This document shows positions 63,576-64,000 of a DNA stretch of 64,000 bases, one piece after another (the first letter of the stretch is position 1; each line of letters begins with the position of its first letter). Made by a program: the position numbers and the translations under genes. Below the pieces are notes generated by a model. It did no database searches, was not told where the DNA came from, and worked only from the letters and a program-made list of their open reading frames with translations. The stretch lies in NCBI GenBank assembly GCA_942492175.1, contig CALODR010000009.1:353850-417849 (forward strand). The letters run 5' to 3'. The stretch comes from an uncultured bacterium. GTDB lineage: Bacteria > Acidobacteriota > Aminicenantia > UBA2199.

Positions 63576-64000
63576 TTATAAATCTCTGACTTTTATTCTC
63601 CCTGCAAAAGAGAGGGTTATGATCCGGGAATATTTACCATTTGATACTATTATTGAGCAGAGGGGTGAAGCAGCTCCTGTGGGAATGAACACAGGGGATG
63701 CGTTGGAACAAACATCAACCTTCCCTTTTATCCCGTAAGTCCTGAAATTATTCCACTTTTGATCTTCCAGTATCTGGAGGAGGATTTTATTCCCTGTTAT
63801 CTTAAATCTCACTTTTCTGCATTCTTCGAGAGAGAGGTATCTGGCACTACTGAGATACGATGTTATTGTTGTAACTGCACCTGAGATCTCTATTCTTGAC
63901 AGGAAGGATGCGGTTATTGATATTGTTGAGGTAAGAATTATCATTCCTATCATAACTCCGGCCAGAAGTTCAATAATTGTTAATCCCCTGCTACTATTCT
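63576..64000 (-). CDS. type IV pilin / pseudopilin-like protein, 5' end beyond the window
   Basis: Reading upstream of the ORF-track Met gives '...SRGLTIIELLAGVMIGMIILTS', a prepilin cleavage/methylation motif (G-[FL]-T-[LI]-IEL). Confidence 0.55.
   Translation of the reverse strand, partial: NSSRGLTIIELLAGVMIGMIILTSTISITASFLSRIEISGAVTTITSYLSSARYLSLEECRKVRFKITGNKILLQILEDQKWNNFRTYGIKGKVDVCSNASPVFIPTGAASPLCSIIVSNGKYSRIITLSFAGRIKVRDL

Noticed and set aside
1-64000. CRISPR arrays, tRNA/rRNA genes, transposases/integrases/IS elements
   Set aside because: I scanned intergenic regions (for example 9169-9354, 14909-14984, 32034-32177, 47154-47283, 48739-48863, 50935-51233, 55946-56103, 56398-56598) and found no cloverleaf-like, repeat-spacer or IS-terminal-repeat structure. 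No ORF has transposase or integrase motifs.

Overview
This 64 kb window is AT-rich bacterial chromosome, roughly 35-40% GC by eye, with local GC-richer patches. It appears to come from a Gram-negative-type cell: it encodes many signal-peptide proteins, outer-membrane beta-barrels, an Oar/TonB-dependent-receptor-like OMP, a TAT signal and a prepilin-like N-terminus. Housekeeping content includes a 5'-truncated recD2-like helicase, a SpoU methyltransferase, hemW, arginine deiminase, a polyprenyl synthase, pepD, a TIGR01212 radical SAM protein, pgsA, mgtE, recO, an M29 aminopeptidase, the pyrK-pyrD-pyrF operon, an M16 peptidase, an SSS symporter, an ALDH, dodecin and HU. No CRISPR array, tRNA, rRNA, transposase or integrase was recognised. 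The most unusual region is a ~13.8 kb co-directional minus-strand cluster (6865-20641). It reads: secreted TPR-CHAT clan-CD peptidase, large PKD-repeat protein C, 634-aa outer-membrane beta-barrel, two tandem PKD-repeat paralogs B and A, and a 12+ ankyrin-repeat secreted protein. An ECF sigma / zf-HC2 anti-sigma pair is transcribed divergently from it. The three PKD proteins share a conserved, uncharacterised C-terminal module, and the two tandem copies carry a ~1.2 kb near-identical block. I propose this as a candidate undescribed surface-protein processing/export or variable-surface-protein system. Other notable items are two apparent frameshift-split genes, one a sulfatase-like-TPR fusion with an intact paralog elsewhere in the window and one an Oar-like TonB-dependent receptor. 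The sulfatase-like domains lack the formylglycine motif but keep a T-L-P-x-H motif. There is a tandem pair of NPP/alkaline-phosphatase-superfamily paralogs, a MauE(CGC)-rhodanese-DUF4139 cluster, and a GC-rich transporter gene.
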